Origin: Terriglobales bacterium
GTDB lineage: Bacteria; Acidobacteriota; Terriglobia; Terriglobales; Acidobacteriaceae
Length of the DNA stretch: 64,000 nt
NCBI GenBank assembly: GCA_044447375.1
Contig: JBIOFT010000003.1
Coordinates: 131-64,130, forward strand
Reading direction: 5' to 3'
Numbering within the stretch: the stretch's first letter is position 1; each line of letters opens with the position of its first letter. This document shows positions 1-9,909 of the stretch, in pieces. The notes under the pieces were generated by a model. It was given only the letters and a program-made list of their open reading frames with translations, had not been told where the DNA came from and ran no database searches. The translations under genes and the position numbers were made by a program.

Positions 1-66
1 GCGGAACCTGTGGCCGCCGCACCCGTGGCGCAAGAAACTCCTCCGGGTGTTCCTCCCAGCGTGTAG
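1..66 (+). CDS. 3-prime end of an upstream CDS, probably ribosomal protein uS3 (partial)
   Basis: Frame 1 is open from the window edge to TAG 64-66 (AEPVAAAPVAQETPPGVPPSV*). It lies directly upstream of rplP, where rpsC sits in the S10 operon. Identity is by position only. Confidence 0.4.
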   Translation, partial: AEPVAAAPVAQETPPGVPPSV

Positions 67-120
67 ACGGGCAGGGAAGCCCCGACTGCGAGTTGAATAT
101 TTCCAAGTGAGAATGAACAT

Positions 121-534
121 ATGTTGATGCCGAGCAAAGTCAAATTCCGGAAACAACAGCGCGGTCGCATGCGCGGCAAAGCCTGGCGCGGCGGGGATTT
201 GAAGTTTGGAGATTACGGCTTGAAGGTGATGGAGCCGGCCTGGATCACCGACCGGCAGATCGAGGCCAGCCGCGTGGCCATGACGCGCTTCATCAAGCGC
301 GGCGGCAAGATCTGGCTGCGCCTGTTCCCGGACAAGCCGGTCACCAAGAAGCCGGCCGAGACCCGCATGGGCAAAGGCAAAGGCGCGCCCGACCACTGGG
401 TCGCGGTGGTCCGCCCGGGCAAGATTCTGTTCGAGATGGAGGGCGTGACGCCGCAGGATGCCGCCGAAGCCATGCGCCTGGCGTCGCACAAGCTGCCGCT
501 GCGGACGCGTTTCGTCTCGCGGCACAAGGCATAG
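121..534 (+). CDS. rplP: 50S ribosomal protein uL16
   Basis: 137 aa. N-terminus [19 protein letters not shown] is typical of uL16. Canonical operon position. Confidence 0.95.
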   Translation: MLMPSKVKFRKQQRGRMRGKAWRGGDLKFGDYGLKVMEPAWITDRQIEASRVAMTRFIKRGGKIWLRLFPDKPVTKKPAETRMGKGKGAPDHWVAVVRPGKILFEMEGVTPQDAAEAMRLASHKLPLRTRFVSRHKA

Positions 535-540
535 AGAACC

Positions 541-753
541 ATGGACGCGGAAAAGATACGCAACCTGACCGAGGCCGAGCTCAAGCACCAGGAGCGTGAG
601 CTCAGCGACCAGCTCTTCCGCCTGAAATTCCAGATGCGGATGGGACAGACGGAGAGCCTGAAGAAGATTCGCGGCCTGCGCCGGGACATCGCGCGGGTCA
701 AGACCGTGGCCCGCCAGCGCGAGCTGGAGCAGGCTACTACGGAGAAGAAATAG
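541..753 (+). CDS. rpmC: 50S ribosomal protein uL29
   Basis: 70 aa helical protein ([23 protein letters not shown]), located between rplP and rpsQ. Confidence 0.93.
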   Translation: MDAEKIRNLTEAELKHQERELSDQLFRLKFQMRMGQTESLKKIRGLRRDIARVKTVARQRELEQATTEKK

Positions 754-754
754 C

Positions 755-1057
755 ATGGCTGAGACGACGGCAACCAAGTCGCGCCGCAACACCAAGATCG
801 GCTACGTGGTCTCGACCAAGATGGCCAAAACCATCGTGGTGGAGACCACGCGGCAGAAGGCGCACAAGCTCTACCGGCGGGTGATCTCGCGGTCGAAAAA
901 ATTTTACGCCCACGACGAGAACGGCACGGCGCGGGTGGGCGACGTGGTGCTGATCGAGGAGACGCGGCCGATGTCGCGGCTGAAGCGCTGGCGGCTGAAG
1001 CAGGTGGTGCAGCGCGCCACGCTGGTTCCGGCGGTGGAAGAGCCAAAGGCCAGCTAG
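755..1057 (+). CDS. rpsQ: 30S ribosomal protein uS17
   Basis: 100 aa. [15 protein letters not shown]...[16 protein letters not shown] is typical of uS17. Confidence 0.93.
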   Translation: MAETTATKSRRNTKIGYVVSTKMAKTIVVETTRQKAHKLYRRVISRSKKFYAHDENGTARVGDVVLIEETRPMSRLKRWRLKQVVQRATLVPAVEEPKAS

Positions 1058-1087
1058 CCGCTGCGGCCGAGGGAAACGGAGACGCTT

Positions 1088-1459
1088 ATGGCAGTGATGA
1101 TGCGAAGCATGCTGGAGGTGGCCGACAACTCCGGCGCGCGCAAGCTGCAGATGATCCTGCCGCTGGGCGGACACACCGGGCTGCGGGCCGGCCTGGGCGA
1201 CGTGATCACGGCCAGCGTCAAGGAAGCGCTGCCCGACGGCCAGGTGCAAAAGGGCAAGGTGGTGCGGGCGGTGGTGGTTCGTACGCGCAAGGAACACCGG
1301 CGCCGGGACGGCACCTACATCCGCTTCGACCAGAACGCGGCGGTGCTGATCAACAACGAAGGCGAGCCCATCGGGACGCGCGTGTTCGGGCCGGTGGCGC
1401 GCGAGCTGCGTGACAAGAAGTTCCTCAAGATCGTCTCGCTGGCTCCGGAGGTTCTGTAG
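1088..1459 (+). CDS. rplN: 50S ribosomal protein uL14
   Basis: 123 aa. The [12 protein letters not shown] motif is present. The start could be ATG 1097. Confidence 0.94.
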   Translation: MAVMMRSMLEVADNSGARKLQMILPLGGHTGLRAGLGDVITASVKEALPDGQVQKGKVVRAVVVRTRKEHRRRDGTYIRFDQNAAVLINNEGEPIGTRVFGPVARELRDKKFLKIVSLAPEVL

Positions 1460-1461
1460 CG

Positions 1462-1812
1462 ATGGCACAGGCGGCGGTGAACGGACACGGGCACAAGCGC
1501 GTCGATATCCGGCGCAACGACACGGTGCGGGTGATCACCGGGCGCGACAAGGGCAAGGAAGGGCGCGTGCTGCGGGTCTTCCCCAATGACGGCCGGGTGC
1601 TGGTCGAGCACGTGGCCATGGTCAAGAAGACCATGAGCAGCAAGCAAAGCGCCAAGGTCAAGGGCGGTATCGCCGAGCAGGAGAGCCGGATCTCGCTCTC
1701 CAACGTGAAGCTGGTCTGCCCCACCTGCGGGCCGGTGCGCGTCGGACACGAAATGCACGGCGACCGCAAGATGCGCGTCTGCAAGAAGTGCGGCACGACG
1801 CTGGATAAGTAA
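1462..1812 (+). CDS. rplX: 50S ribosomal protein uL24 (zinc-ribbon form)
   Basis: 116 aa. KOW motif VITGRDKGKEGRV. C-terminal CPTC...CKKC, as I recall for Thermus uL24. Confidence 0.93.
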   Translation: MAQAAVNGHGHKRVDIRRNDTVRVITGRDKGKEGRVLRVFPNDGRVLVEHVAMVKKTMSSKQSAKVKGGIAEQESRISLSNVKLVCPTCGPVRVGHEMHGDRKMRVCKKCGTTLDK

Positions 1813-1846
1813 ATCGGGTGATCGGGAGATCGGGTCATCGGGTGAT
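1813..1846. repeat. tandem 8-mers ATCGGGNG x4 (CGGGTGAT family)
   Basis: atcgggtg atcgggag atcgggtc atcgggtg at, immediately after the rplX stop. Confidence 0.85.
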
Positions 1847-1889
1847 TGTTAGAGTCCCGTAGGGGACGGCACCAACGGAAGAAACGAAA

Positions 1890-2519
1890 ATGGCAAAACC
1901 GGATAAACCGAAGAAGCAGGCTGCCGCCGAGCCGGAGCCGAAAGCCGCGCCGGAACGCCCGCGCGCCTCGGCCAAGACGCCTCCGCGGCTGAAGGCAAAG
2001 TTCGACCAGGAAGTCGCCCCGGCGCTGATGAAGGAGTTCGAGCTCAAGAACCCCAACGCGGTGCCGCGGCTGCACAAGATCGTCATCAACGTGGGAGTAG
2101 GCGAGGCCACGCAAAACGCCAAGGTGCTCGATCCCGCCGCCAGCGAGCTGACGGCCATCACCGGGCAGAAGCCGGTGATCACGCGGGCCAAGAAGTCGAT
2201 CGCCGCCTTCAAGGTGCGCGAGGGCATGCCCATCGGCGCCATGGTGACCCTGCGCGGCCACCGCATGTACGAGTTCCTGGACCGGCTGGTGAACGTGGCC
2301 ATGCCGCGGGTGCGTGATTTTCGCGGGGTCTCCACCAAGTCCTTCGACGGCCGCGGCAACTACACCCTCGGCCTCAAGGATCAACTGGCGTTCCCCGAGA
2401 TCGACTACGCCAAAGTGGACAAGATGAAAGGCATGAACGTCACCATCGTGACCACGGCCAAGAGCGACAACGAAGCGCGCGCCCTGCTCAAGCACATGGG
2501 CATGCCCTTCCGGCCCTAG
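1890..2519 (+). CDS. rplE: 50S ribosomal protein uL5
   Basis: 209 aa. Core [16 protein letters not shown]...FRGVS is present. About 30 aa of Lys/Pro/Ala-rich N-terminal extension. Confidence 0.94.
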   Translation: MAKPDKPKKQAAAEPEPKAAPERPRASAKTPPRLKAKFDQEVAPALMKEFELKNPNAVPRLHKIVINVGVGEATQNAKVLDPAASELTAITGQKPVITRAKKSIAAFKVREGMPIGAMVTLRGHRMYEFLDRLVNVAMPRVRDFRGVSTKSFDGRGNYTLGLKDQLAFPEIDYAKVDKMKGMNVTIVTTAKSDNEARALLKHMGMPFRP

Positions 2520-2560
2520 GAGATTGAGTCATTGATTCGTTGAATTCACATAAGGAAAAA

Positions 2561-2746
2561 ATGGCAACGACTGCAAAGCGAGTAAAGGATGCAAGGAAGC
2601 CAAAGTTCTCCACCCGGCAGCACAACCGCTGCAAGCTTTGCGGGCGCCCGCGCGCGTATCTGCGCAAGTTCGGCATGTGCCGCTTGTGCTTCCGCGGGCT
2701 GGCGCTGCGGGGAGAGATTCCCGGCGTTTGCAAGTCTTCGTGGTAA
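2561..2746 (+). CDS. rpsN: 30S ribosomal protein uS14, zinc-binding type Z
   Basis: 61 aa counted from ATG 2561 (MATTAKRVK...). CKLCGR...CRLCFR supplies four Cys. The track ORF starts 21 nt earlier. Confidence 0.9.
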   Translation: MATTAKRVKDARKPKFSTRQHNRCKLCGRPRAYLRKFGMCRLCFRGLALRGEIPGVCKSSW

Positions 2747-2759
2747 ACCGCAGTTGCGG

Positions 2760-2832
2760 GTTTCAAGTTTCGAGTTCGAGTTCCATTCGAGACCCGGAAC
2801 TGGAAACTTGAAACTGGAAACTTGAAACTGGA
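2760..2832. repeat. inverted repeat of tandem 7-mers (GTTTCNA)n / (GAAACTN)n
   Basis: gtttcaagtttcgagttcgagttcc - 12 nt - ggaactggaaacttgaaactggaaacttgaaactgg, between rpsN and rpsH. Confidence 0.85.
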
Positions 2833-2841
2833 GAAGTGAGC

Positions 2842-3240
2842 ATGAGTCTGACCGATCCGGTGGCGGATTTTCTGACGCGCATCCGTAACGCCCTCCGTGC
2901 CAAGCACCAGAAGGTGGATGTGCCGGCCTCCAAGCTGAAGCTGGAGCTGGCCCGCATCCTCAAGGAAGAGGGCTACATCGCCAACTACAAGGCGGCGGAA
3001 GAGCAGGGACACAAGCTGGTGCGGGTGTACCTGAAGTACGGGCCGGACGAGGCCGCCACCATCTCCAACGTGACCCGGGTGTCGCGGCCGGGCTGCCGCG
3101 TGTACGTGGGGCGCAATGATATCCCGCGCGTGCTGGGCGGCATGGGCATCAACATCCTGACCACGCCCAAGGGCGTGATGACCGGCCGCCAGGCGCGCAA
3201 GGAAGGCGTGGGCGGGGAACTGCTGTGCGAAATCTGGTAG
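2842..3240 (+). CDS. rpsH: 30S ribosomal protein uS8
   Basis: LTDPVADFLTRIRNA motif. GGAG lies about 8 nt upstream of ATG 2842. The track start is GTG 2836. Confidence 0.93.
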   Translation: MSLTDPVADFLTRIRNALRAKHQKVDVPASKLKLELARILKEEGYIANYKAAEEQGHKLVRVYLKYGPDEAATISNVTRVSRPGCRVYVGRNDIPRVLGGMGINILTTPKGVMTGRQARKEGVGGELLCEIW

Positions 3241-3255
3241 CGAAGAGCTGATTTT

Positions 3256-3795
3256 ATGTCGCGAATTGGAAGAAAGCCGATTGAGCTGCCCAAGGGAGTC
3301 GAGATCACGGTTACGGGCAACGCCGTGGCGGTGAAGGGACCGAAGGGCACGGTGCAGACGCATCTGCCCGAAGGCGTCTCGATAGAGCGGCAAGACGGGC
3401 ATGTGATCGCGTCGCGGGTGGACGATGCCCACGCCGCCGTGCACGGCCTGGCGCGGGCGCTGCTGAACAACGCGGTCGAGGGCGTAACCAAGGGCTGGAC
3501 CCGGGAACTGGAGATCGTGGGCATCGGCTACCGCGCCGAGCTGAAGGGCAAGCACACGGTGGTGTTCAGCCTGGGATACTCGCACCCGATCGAGTACCCG
3601 CTGCCGGAAGGGATCCAGGCAACGGTCGACCCCAAGCTGACGCGCCTGACCATCACCGGCATCGACCGGCAGAAGGTAGGGCAGGTGGCGGCGGATATGC
3701 GCGGGCTGCGTCCGCCCGATCCCTACAAGAACAAGGGCGTGCGCTACGCGGGCGAGAGATTGAAGAAGAAGGTTGGAAAGACGGGAGCCAAATAG
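3256..3795 (+). CDS. rplF: 50S ribosomal protein uL6
   Basis: 179 aa. N-terminus [17 protein letters not shown] is typical of uL6. Confidence 0.95.
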   Translation: MSRIGRKPIELPKGVEITVTGNAVAVKGPKGTVQTHLPEGVSIERQDGHVIASRVDDAHAAVHGLARALLNNAVEGVTKGWTRELEIVGIGYRAELKGKHTVVFSLGYSHPIEYPLPEGIQATVDPKLTRLTITGIDRQKVGQVAADMRGLRPPDPYKNKGVRYAGERLKKKVGKTGAK

Positions 3796-3876
3796 TACCA
3801 AGTACCCAGTACCTAGTACCACGTTCGGTATGTGCGCTCGGTACTCGGCACTTGGTACTCGGTACTTGGTACTAGG
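3794..3876. repeat. inverted repeat of tandem 7-mers, GTACC family
   Basis: agtaccaagtacccagtacctagtacc - 19 nt - ggtactcggcacttggtactcggtacttggtactagg, between rplF and rplR. Confidence 0.9.
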
Positions 3877-3884
3877 AACTCGAC

Positions 3885-4265
3885 ATGATTCCCCAGATCG
3901 CAAAGAACGAAGTCCGGCAACGGGTGCACAAGCGCATCCGCCGCAAGCTGAACGGGACGCCGCAGCGTCCACGGCTGAGCGTGTACCGCTCGCTGAACCA
4001 CATCTACGCGCAGTTGATCGACGATATGGCCGGCCAGACGGTCGCCGCGGCCAACTCGCGCGAGGGCGCCGGGAAAGTGGCGGCGGGGGCCAAGAAGAAG
4101 ACCGGCGGCAACGTGGCCGTGGCCAAGGAAGTCGGCAAGCTGCTGGCCGAGCGCGCCAAGGCCAAGGGCGTGGGCAAAGTGGTCTTCGACCGCGGCGGCT
4201 ACCTGTACCACGGCCGGGTCAAGGCGCTGGCCGACGCCGCGCGCGCGGCGGGATTGCAGTTCTAG
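3885..4265 (+). CDS. rplR: 50S ribosomal protein uL18
   Basis: 126 aa. [18 protein letters not shown]...[20 protein letters not shown] is typical of uL18. Confidence 0.94.
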   Translation: MIPQIAKNEVRQRVHKRIRRKLNGTPQRPRLSVYRSLNHIYAQLIDDMAGQTVAAANSREGAGKVAAGAKKKTGGNVAVAKEVGKLLAERAKAKGVGKVVFDRGGYLYHGRVKALADAARAAGLQF

Positions 4266-4269
4266 ATAC

Positions 4270-4349
4270 GAGTACCAAGTAGCGAGTACCAAGTGCCAGG
4301 TCAAATGTTCGTGAGGTTTGGTACTGGGTACTAGGTACTCGGTACTAGC
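4270..4349. repeat. inverted repeat of tandem 7-mers, GTACC family
   Basis: gagtaccaagtagcgagtaccaagtgcc - 20 nt - ttggtactgggtactaggtactcggtactagc, between rplR and rpsE. Confidence 0.9.
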
Positions 4350-4359
4350 GAGAGCGAGA

Positions 4360-4869
4360 ATGCCAACACTGAAGAAGAGACTCGATGCCGGGCAGTACCA
4401 ACTGAAGGACCAGGTGGTCGCCATCAACCGCGTCACCAAGGTGGTGAAGGGGGGCAAGAACCTGTCCTTTGCCGCACTGGTGGTGGTGGGCGATCCCTCG
4501 GCGGCCGTGGTCGGATTCGGCTCCGGCAAGGCGAAGGAAGTGCCGCAGGCGATCCGCAAAGGGATCGAATCGGCCAAGAAGAACCTGGTGCGGGTCAACC
4601 TGAGGCAGACCACCATCCCGCACGCGGTGCTGGGCCGGTTCGGCGCGGGGATGGTGCTGCTGAAGCCGGCGCCGGAAGGCACGGGCGTGATCGCCGGCGG
4701 GGCGGTGCGCGCGGTGATGACCTCGGCGGGCATCCAGAACGTGCTCACCAAGTCCATCGGCACCACCAACCCGCACAACGTCATCAAGGCGACCTTCAAT
4801 GCGCTGGGCAAGCTGCGCGACCGCAAGGAAGTGGCCGCGATGCGCGGCAAGACCCCAGAGGAGCTGTAA
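4360..4869 (+). CDS. rpsE: 30S ribosomal protein uS5
   Basis: [27 protein letters not shown] motif. ATG at 4360. The track N-terminus [14 protein letters not shown] is translated from the GTACC repeat. Confidence 0.93.
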   Translation: MPTLKKRLDAGQYQLKDQVVAINRVTKVVKGGKNLSFAALVVVGDPSAAVVGFGSGKAKEVPQAIRKGIESAKKNLVRVNLRQTTIPHAVLGRFGAGMVLLKPAPEGTGVIAGGAVRAVMTSAGIQNVLTKSIGTTNPHNVIKATFNALGKLRDRKEVAAMRGKTPEEL

Positions 4870-4872
4870 GCC

Positions 4873-5064
4873 ATGGCGCCGAAGAAAATGATTCGCTTGC
4901 AGTGGGTGCGCTCGGCGATCGCCGCGCCCATCAAGCACAAGCGGGTGGTCAAAGGCCTCGGTTTCACCCGGCTGAACCAGGTGATCGAGCGCGAGGACAC
5001 GCCGTCCATCCGCGGCATGGTGGCGAAGGTGCCGCACCTGGTCACGATTTTGAACGGCCAATGA
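4873..5064 (+). CDS. rpmD: 50S ribosomal protein uL30
   Basis: 63 aa. Located between rpsE and rpl[26 protein letters not shown] resembles uL30. Confidence 0.9.
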   Translation: MAPKKMIRLQWVRSAIAAPIKHKRVVKGLGFTRLNQVIEREDTPSIRGMVAKVPHLVTILNGQ

Positions 5065-5090
5065 GTTCGACAACAGATGATCCGGTGCTT

Positions 5091-5131
5091 ACTGACAACC
5101 GGCAACTGACAACTGGCGACTGGTAACTGAC
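5091..5131. repeat. tandem 7-mers, CAACTG/CAGTTG family (single arm)
   Basis: actgacaaccggcaactgacaactggcgactggtaactgac, between rpmD and rplO. Confidence 0.8.
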
Positions 5132-5569
5132 ATGAATCTATCGACCATTCGAGCACCGAAGCGGGCGTCGGAGAAGCGCAAGCGCGTAGGCCGGGGCATG
5201 GGTTCCGGCATGGGCAAAACCTCGACCCGCGGCCACAAGGGACAGCGTTCGCGCTCGGGTTCGCGCATGATGCGCGGCTTTGAAGGCGGGCAGATGCCGC
5301 TGCATCGCCGCCTGCCCAAGCGCGGCTTCACCAACATCTTCAAGAAGGAATACGCGGTGGTGAACCTGGACCGCATCGCGGCGCTGGGCGAATCCACCGT
5401 CACGCTGGACTTGCTGCGCAAGGCGGGTCTGGCGGGCAAACGTGACTTGGTCAAAGTGCTGGGCGATGGCGAACTGAAGGCGGCCGTCACCGTGCAGGCC
5501 CACAAGTTCTCCAAGTCGGCGCAGGACAAGATCACCAAGGCTGGCGGTACAGCAGAGGTAGTGACGTAG
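5132..5569 (+). CDS. rplO: 50S ribosomal protein uL15
   Basis: 145 aa. Gly/Arg-rich N-terminus ([19 protein letters not shown]). Canonical position. Confidence 0.94.
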   Translation: MNLSTIRAPKRASEKRKRVGRGMGSGMGKTSTRGHKGQRSRSGSRMMRGFEGGQMPLHRRLPKRGFTNIFKKEYAVVNLDRIAALGESTVTLDLLRKAGLAGKRDLVKVLGDGELKAAVTVQAHKFSKSAQDKITKAGGTAEVVT

Positions 5570-6967
5570 ATGTTAGAGAAATTCACCAACATCTTCCGCA
5601 TCCCCGACCTGCGCAAGCGGGTGCTGTTTACGCTGGGACTGCTGGCGGTGTACCGCTTGGGTGGCCACATTCCCACGCCGGGCATCAATGCCGACCTGCT
5701 GCAGCAGTTCTTCGAGCAGAACCGGGGAACGTTCCTGGGCTTCATCGATCTGTTCAGCGGCGGCCAGCTGCGCCGGCTCACCATCTTCGCGCTGGGGATC
5801 ATGCCGTACATCACGGCCTCCATCATCCTGCAGTTGCTGACGGTGGTCTATGAGCCGCTGGCCAAGCTGCAGAAGGAAGGCGAGCTGGGACGGAAGAAAA
5901 TCACCCAGTGGACCCGCTATCTGACGGTGGCGCTGTCGGCCATGCAGTCGCTGGGCATCGCGATCACGCTGCAGAAATCCACCTCGGGCGGGGCGGCGTT
6001 CGTCACCAATCCCGGGCCTGGATTCGTGCTGATGACGGTCATCACCCTGACCGCGGGCAGCATCTTCGTGATGTGGCTGGGCGAGGAGATCACCGACCGC
6101 GGCGTGGGCAACGGCATGTCGCTCTTGATCTTTACCGGCATCGTGGTGGGCCTGCCGCGCGGCGTCGCCGATCTGGCGGACAAGGCCAGGACCGATGCCT
6201 GGGGCTCGTTCACCGCGCTGGCCATCATTCTGCTGGTGGTGCTGATGGCGGCGATCGTGGCCTTTATCGTGTTCGTCGAGCGCAGCGAGCGCCGTATCCC
6301 GGTGCAGTATGCCAAGCGCGTGGTCGGGCGCAAAGTGATGGGCGGCCAGTCCACGCACCTGCCCATGCGCGTGAATGCCGGCGGGGTGATGCCGATCATT
6401 TTCGCCTCCTCGATCCTGACCTTCCCGCAGACGGCGCTGTTCGCCTTCCGCGACAATCGCTTCTTCGGGCCGCTGCTCCGGGCGCTGCAGTGGGGAGAGC
6501 CGCTTTACACGGCCCTGTATGCCGTCGGGATCATCTTCTTCGCGTACTTCTACGTGTCCATCATCTTTAACCCCAGCGAAGTGGCGGACAACATGCGGAA
6601 GTACGGCGGGTTCATCCCCGGCATCCGTCCCGGCAAGCGCACCACCGACCACATCAACGACATTCTGACGCGCATCACCCTGGTGGGCGCCCTGTACCTG
6701 ATCCTGATCTCGTTCATACCGGAGTGGATGATCGCGGGGATCCACCTCAACCACCTGCCGGGTTTTCTGGGAACGTTTTTCGAAAGGCTGCCGGCATGGA
6801 TGACCAACGGGCTGGGCGTGACCTTTTACTTCGGAGGCACGTCGCTGCTGATCGTGGTCGGGGTGGCCATGGATACGGTGCAGCAAGTCGAGGCGCAGCT
6901 CATCATGCGCCACTACGACGGTTTCACTCCGCGCAGCGGCCGGATCCGCGGGCGCAGGGCTTGGTAA
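5570..6967 (+). CDS. secY: preprotein translocase subunit SecY
   Basis: 465 aa multi-TM protein with SecY-type N-terminus (IPDLRKRVLFTLGLLAVYRLG). It follows rplO. Confidence 0.96.
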   Translation: MLEKFTNIFRIPDLRKRVLFTLGLLAVYRLGGHIPTPGINADLLQQFFEQNRGTFLGFIDLFSGGQLRRLTIFALGIMPYITASIILQLLTVVYEPLAKLQKEGELGRKKITQWTRYLTVALSAMQSLGIAITLQKSTSGGAAFVTNPGPGFVLMTVITLTAGSIFVMWLGEEITDRGVGNGMSLLIFTGIVVGLPRGVADLADKARTDAWGSFTALAIILLVVLMAAIVAFIVFVERSERRIPVQYAKRVVGRKVMGGQSTHLPMRVNAGGVMPIIFASSILTFPQTALFAFRDNRFFGPLLRALQWGEPLYTALYAVGIIFFAYFYVSIIFNPSEVADNMRKYGGFIPGIRPGKRTTDHINDILTRITLVGALYLILISFIPEWMIAGIHLNHLPGFLGTFFERLPAWMTNGLGVTFYFGGTSLLIVVGVAMDTVQQVEAQLIMRHYDGFTPRSGRIRGRRAW

Positions 6968-7684
6968 ATGGACGGGAGGGCGAGCACGGCTACTGATGTG
7001 AAAACGAAGGTCGGGCCGGTGATCTTGCTGGGAGCGCCGGGAGCGGGCAAGGGCACGCAGGCCAAGCTGATCATGCAGCGCTACGGGATCCCGCAGATCT
7101 CGACCGGCGACATCCTGCGCGACAACGTGGCCCGCGGCACCGAGCTGGGCAAGAAGGCCAAGGCCTTCATGGACAAAGGGGAATTGGTGCCCGACCAGTT
7201 GGTCTGCGACATGGTGGCCGACCGGCTGCGCCAGGCCGATTGCGCGCTGGGCTTTATTCTGGACGGGTTTCCCCGCACCGTCGTGCAGGCCGAGTGGCTG
7301 GACGGGCTGCTGAAGGACGAGTTCTTTGAGAAACGATACGCCGTGCCGCCGGTTGTGGTGAATTTCCAGGTTGGATATAATCAATTGTTGCGCCGCCTGA
7401 CGGGGCGCCGTACTTGTCCCACCTGCGGAAGGATCTACAACGTTTATTCTCAGCCTCCCCGCGTCGCCGATACCTGCGATGTCGACGGCTCGAAGCTGGT
7501 GACGCGCAAGGACGATTCCGAGGAAGTCATCGCTGAACGCCTGAAGGCCTACGAGCGCCAGACGCTTCCCCTGATCGACTATTACCGTCGCCAGGGGCGG
7601 CTGCGCGAGGTCGAGGGAGACCGGGCCCCGGACCAGGTCACGGCGGAGGCGTTCCAGGCGATTGAGCATGGCAATAGTCTGTAA
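6968..7684 (+). CDS. adk: adenylate kinase (zinc-lid type)
   Basis: P-loop LLGAPGAGKGTQ. Lid CPTCGRIYN...CDVDG. About 18 aa N-terminal extension. An in-frame GTG at 6998 is an alternative start. Confidence 0.93.
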   Translation: MDGRASTATDVKTKVGPVILLGAPGAGKGTQAKLIMQRYGIPQISTGDILRDNVARGTELGKKAKAFMDKGELVPDQLVCDMVADRLRQADCALGFILDGFPRTVVQAEWLDGLLKDEFFEKRYAVPPVVVNFQVGYNQLLRRLTGRRTCPTCGRIYNVYSQPPRVADTCDVDGSKLVTRKDDSEEVIAERLKAYERQTLPLIDYYRRQGRLREVEGDRAPDQVTAEAFQAIEHGNSL

Positions 7685-8426
7685 ATCAGCCACCGAGCTG
7701 GAGAAGATGCGGCAAAGCGGCCACGTCGTGCGCCAGGTGCTGGACACGGTCAAGGCCATGGTAAAGCCCGGCATCACCACCATGGATCTGGAGCGCGCGG
7801 CGGCGAACCAGATCGAGGAACTGGGCGCCAAGCCGGCGTTTAAGGGGTATTACGATTATCCCTGTGTGCTGTGCACGTCGGTGAACCAGGAGATCGTGCA
7901 TGGCATCCCCTCGGAGCGGCGGGTGCTGAAGGAAGGCGACATCGTCTCCATCGATTGCGGCGTGGTGCTCGACGGCTACTACGGTGACGCGGCGCTGACG
8001 GTGGCGGTGGGCGAGAGCGAGAGCCTTCGCCCCGATGTGCAGAAGCTGCTGAAGGTCACGGAAGAGTCGCTGTATAAGGGCATTGAGAAGGTGCGCATCG
8101 GCAACGCGGTGGGCGACGTCGGCGCCGCGGTGCAGGAGTGGGTGGAGGCGCACGGCTTCAGCGTGGTGCGGGAGTTTGTCGGGCACGGCATTGGGACCAA
8201 GCTGCACGAGGACCCGCAGGTGCCGAACTTCGGCTTGCGGGGACACGGGGCGCGGCTGCGCGAAGGCATGGTGCTGGCCATCGAGCCCATGGTCAACATC
8301 GGCAAACCCGGCACCCGCGTGCTCGACGACAACTGGACGGCGGTCACCGAGGACGGCAGCTATAGCGCTCATTTCGAGCATTGCGTGGCGGTCACCAAGA
8401 ACGGGCCGCTGATCCTGACGGAATAA
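7668..8426 (+). CDS. map: type I methionine aminopeptidase
   Basis: MAIVCKSATELEKMRQSG...GHGIG...HFEH motifs. ATG 7668 is preferred to the track's TTG 7662. Confidence 0.93.
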   Translation: MAIVCKSATELEKMRQSGHVVRQVLDTVKAMVKPGITTMDLERAAANQIEELGAKPAFKGYYDYPCVLCTSVNQEIVHGIPSERRVLKEGDIVSIDCGVVLDGYYGDAALTVAVGESESLRPDVQKLLKVTEESLYKGIEKVRIGNAVGDVGAAVQEWVEAHGFSVVREFVGHGIGTKLHEDPQVPNFGLRGHGARLREGMVLAIEPMVNIGKPGTRVLDDNWTAVTEDGSYSAHFEHCVAVTKNGPLILTE

Positions 8427-8487
8427 CGGGTTTGGGTCTTAGCAGGGGTTTGAAGCATCAAATCGGCATCCAGCCGGCCGGAGTTGA

Positions 8488-8706
8488 ATGAGCAAAGAAG
8501 ACGCGATTGAGGTGATGGCGACGGTGGTAGAACCGTTGCCCAATGCCATGTTCCGGGTGGAACTGGAGAACAAGCATCAGGTGCTCGCGCACGTCTCGGG
8601 CCGGATGCGCAAGAATTTCATCCGCATTCTGCCGGGAGACAAGGTTGCGGTTGAGCTTTCGCCGTATGACCTGACGCGGGGACGGATTGTGTATAGGTAC
8701 AAATAG
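8488..8706 (+). CDS. infA: translation initiation factor IF-1
   Basis: 72 aa S1-like protein ([26 protein letters not shown]...GRIVYRYK). Confidence 0.96.
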   Translation: MSKEDAIEVMATVVEPLPNAMFRVELENKHQVLAHVSGRMRKNFIRILPGDKVAVELSPYDLTRGRIVYRYK

Positions 8707-8712
8707 CGGCGA

Positions 8713-8780
8713 AGCAGTTAGCACTTGGCATTTAGCCAGCCCGGCCAAGTGCTAAATGCCAGCTGCTAATTGCTTAACTG
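8713..8780. repeat. imperfect inverted repeat built from TTAGCA / CTTGGCAT units
   Basis: gcagttagcacttggcatttagccagc ccg gccaagtgctaaatgccagctgctaattgcttaactg, between infA and rpmJ. Confidence 0.75.
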
Positions 8781-8798
8781 ACGACGGGAAACTCGTTT

Positions 8799-8912
8799 AT
8801 GAAGGTAAGAGCATCGGTCAAAAAGATTTGCGATAAGTGCAAGGTCATCCGCCGGCGCGGGGTAGTGCGGGTGATCTGCGAGAACTCGAAACATAAGCAA
8901 CGTCAAGGGTAG
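8799..8912 (+). CDS. rpmJ: 50S ribosomal protein bL36 (zinc form)
   Basis: Absent from the ORF track because it is under 60 aa. Hand translation gives [37 protein letters not shown]. Canonical slot between infA and rpsM. Confidence 0.93.
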   Translation: MKVRASVKKICDKCKVIRRRGVVRVICENSKHKQRQG

Positions 8913-8921
8913 AGGTTAACC

Positions 8922-9308
8922 ATGGCACGTATTGCGGGCGTGGATCTGCCGCGCCAGAAGCACATCGACATCGCGCTGACCTACATCTACGGCATCGGCC
9001 AGCCGCGCGCCCGCCGCATCGTGGCGCAGGCAAGCATCGCGCCCATGAAGAAGGTGCAGGACCTCGACGACGACGAAGTCAACCGCATCCGCCAGATCAT
9101 CGAGAGCGAAGGCAACATCGAGGGCGACCTGCGCAAAGACACGCAGATGCACATCAAGCGGCTGATCGAGATCGGCTCGTACCGCGGGCATCGTCACCGC
9201 CGCGGCTTGCCCGTCCGCGGCCAGCGTACCCATACCAACGCGCGCACCCGCAAGGGCCCGCGCCGGGGCACGGTCGCGCAGAAGAAGAAGTCCGCGGCGA
9301 AAACTTAA
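8922..9308 (+). CDS. rpsM: 30S ribosomal protein uS13
   Basis: 128 aa. [26 protein letters not shown] is typical of uS13. Confidence 0.96.
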   Translation: MARIAGVDLPRQKHIDIALTYIYGIGQPRARRIVAQASIAPMKKVQDLDDDEVNRIRQIIESEGNIEGDLRKDTQMHIKRLIEIGSYRGHRHRRGLPVRGQRTHTNARTRKGPRRGTVAQKKKSAAKT

Positions 9309-9322
9309 TCTGAGACTGAACT

Positions 9323-9766
9323 ATGGCGAAAACACCAGCAGCAGCAGGCGCCGGCGGCGCACCCGAAGCGCCGGCGAAAAAAGGCAAACGCAAGCAGTTC
9401 AAGAAAAAGGAGCGCAAGAGCGTTCCGTTCGGGGTGGCGCACATTCAGGCGTCGTTCAACAACACCATCGTGACCATCACCGATACCGAAGGGCGGGTTC
9501 TGTCGTGGAAGAGCTCGGGGTCGCTGGGGTTCCGCGGCAGCCGCAAAGGGACGCCATTCGCGGCGCAGCAGGCGGCGATGAATGCCGCCAACATGGCGCG
9601 CGAGCACGGGGTGCGCACGGTGGAAGTGCGGGTGAGCGGGCCGGGATCGGGACGCGAATCGGCCATCCGCGCCCTGGCCGCTGCCGGCATCGAGGTGAGG
9701 CAGATCCGCGACGTGACGCCCATCCCGCACAACGGATGCCGTCCGCCGAAGAAACGAAGAGTGTAG
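9323..9766 (+). CDS. rpsK: 30S ribosomal protein uS11
   Basis: 147 aa. [18 protein letters not shown]...[14 protein letters not shown] motifs. Confidence 0.95.
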   Translation: MAKTPAAAGAGGAPEAPAKKGKRKQFKKKERKSVPFGVAHIQASFNNTIVTITDTEGRVLSWKSSGSLGFRGSRKGTPFAAQQAAMNAANMAREHGVRTVEVRVSGPGSGRESAIRALAAAGIEVRQIRDVTPIPHNGCRPPKKRRV

Positions 9767-9774
9767 GAATCTTG

Positions 9775-9831
9775 CCATCGGGTGATCTGACCATCGGGTG
9801 ATCTGAAATGACCCGATGACCCGATCTCCCC
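9775..9831. repeat. inverted repeat, CGGGTGAT family
   Basis: ccatcgggtgatctgaccatcgggtgatc - tgaaatg - acccgatgacccgatctcccc, between rpsK and rpsD. Confidence 0.85.
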
Positions 9832-9909
9832 ATGAGCCGATAACAGCGGATCGGGACGAAGAGGCTGCCAGCCTTGTAAACCGATCGACACCGAGAAGGA
9901 GAAGAAAAC

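Noticed and set aside
4318-4359. N-terminal extensions of track ORFs: 4318 for rpsE, 24319 for the GNAT gene, 32226 for the SSS transporter, 15452 for rimP, 42624 for DUF507, 45878 and 46335 for the TA pair, 22420 for GT39, 11799 for rplQ, 2540 for rpsN.
   Set aside because: The extra residues are translated from repeat elements or from the preceding gene. Downstream ATG codons match the conserved N-termini of the families and, where I checked, have better ribosome-binding sites.
5573-7831. Very long antisense ORFs. Examples: 5573..7831 (752 aa), 18996..20951 (651 aa), 56043..57551 (502 aa), 61017..62507 (496 aa), 2488..3972 (494 aa), 26077..27393 (438 aa), 30595..32178 (527 aa), 21134..22405 (423 aa), 10628..11887 (419 aa).
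   Set aside because: They lie opposite well-supported conserved genes (secY/adk, infB, rpoN, the ABC exporter, ribosomal proteins and others). Their translations are Arg/Gly/His/Pro/Ala-rich low-complexity sequence, typical of shadow ORFs in high-GC DNA. No motifs were recognised.
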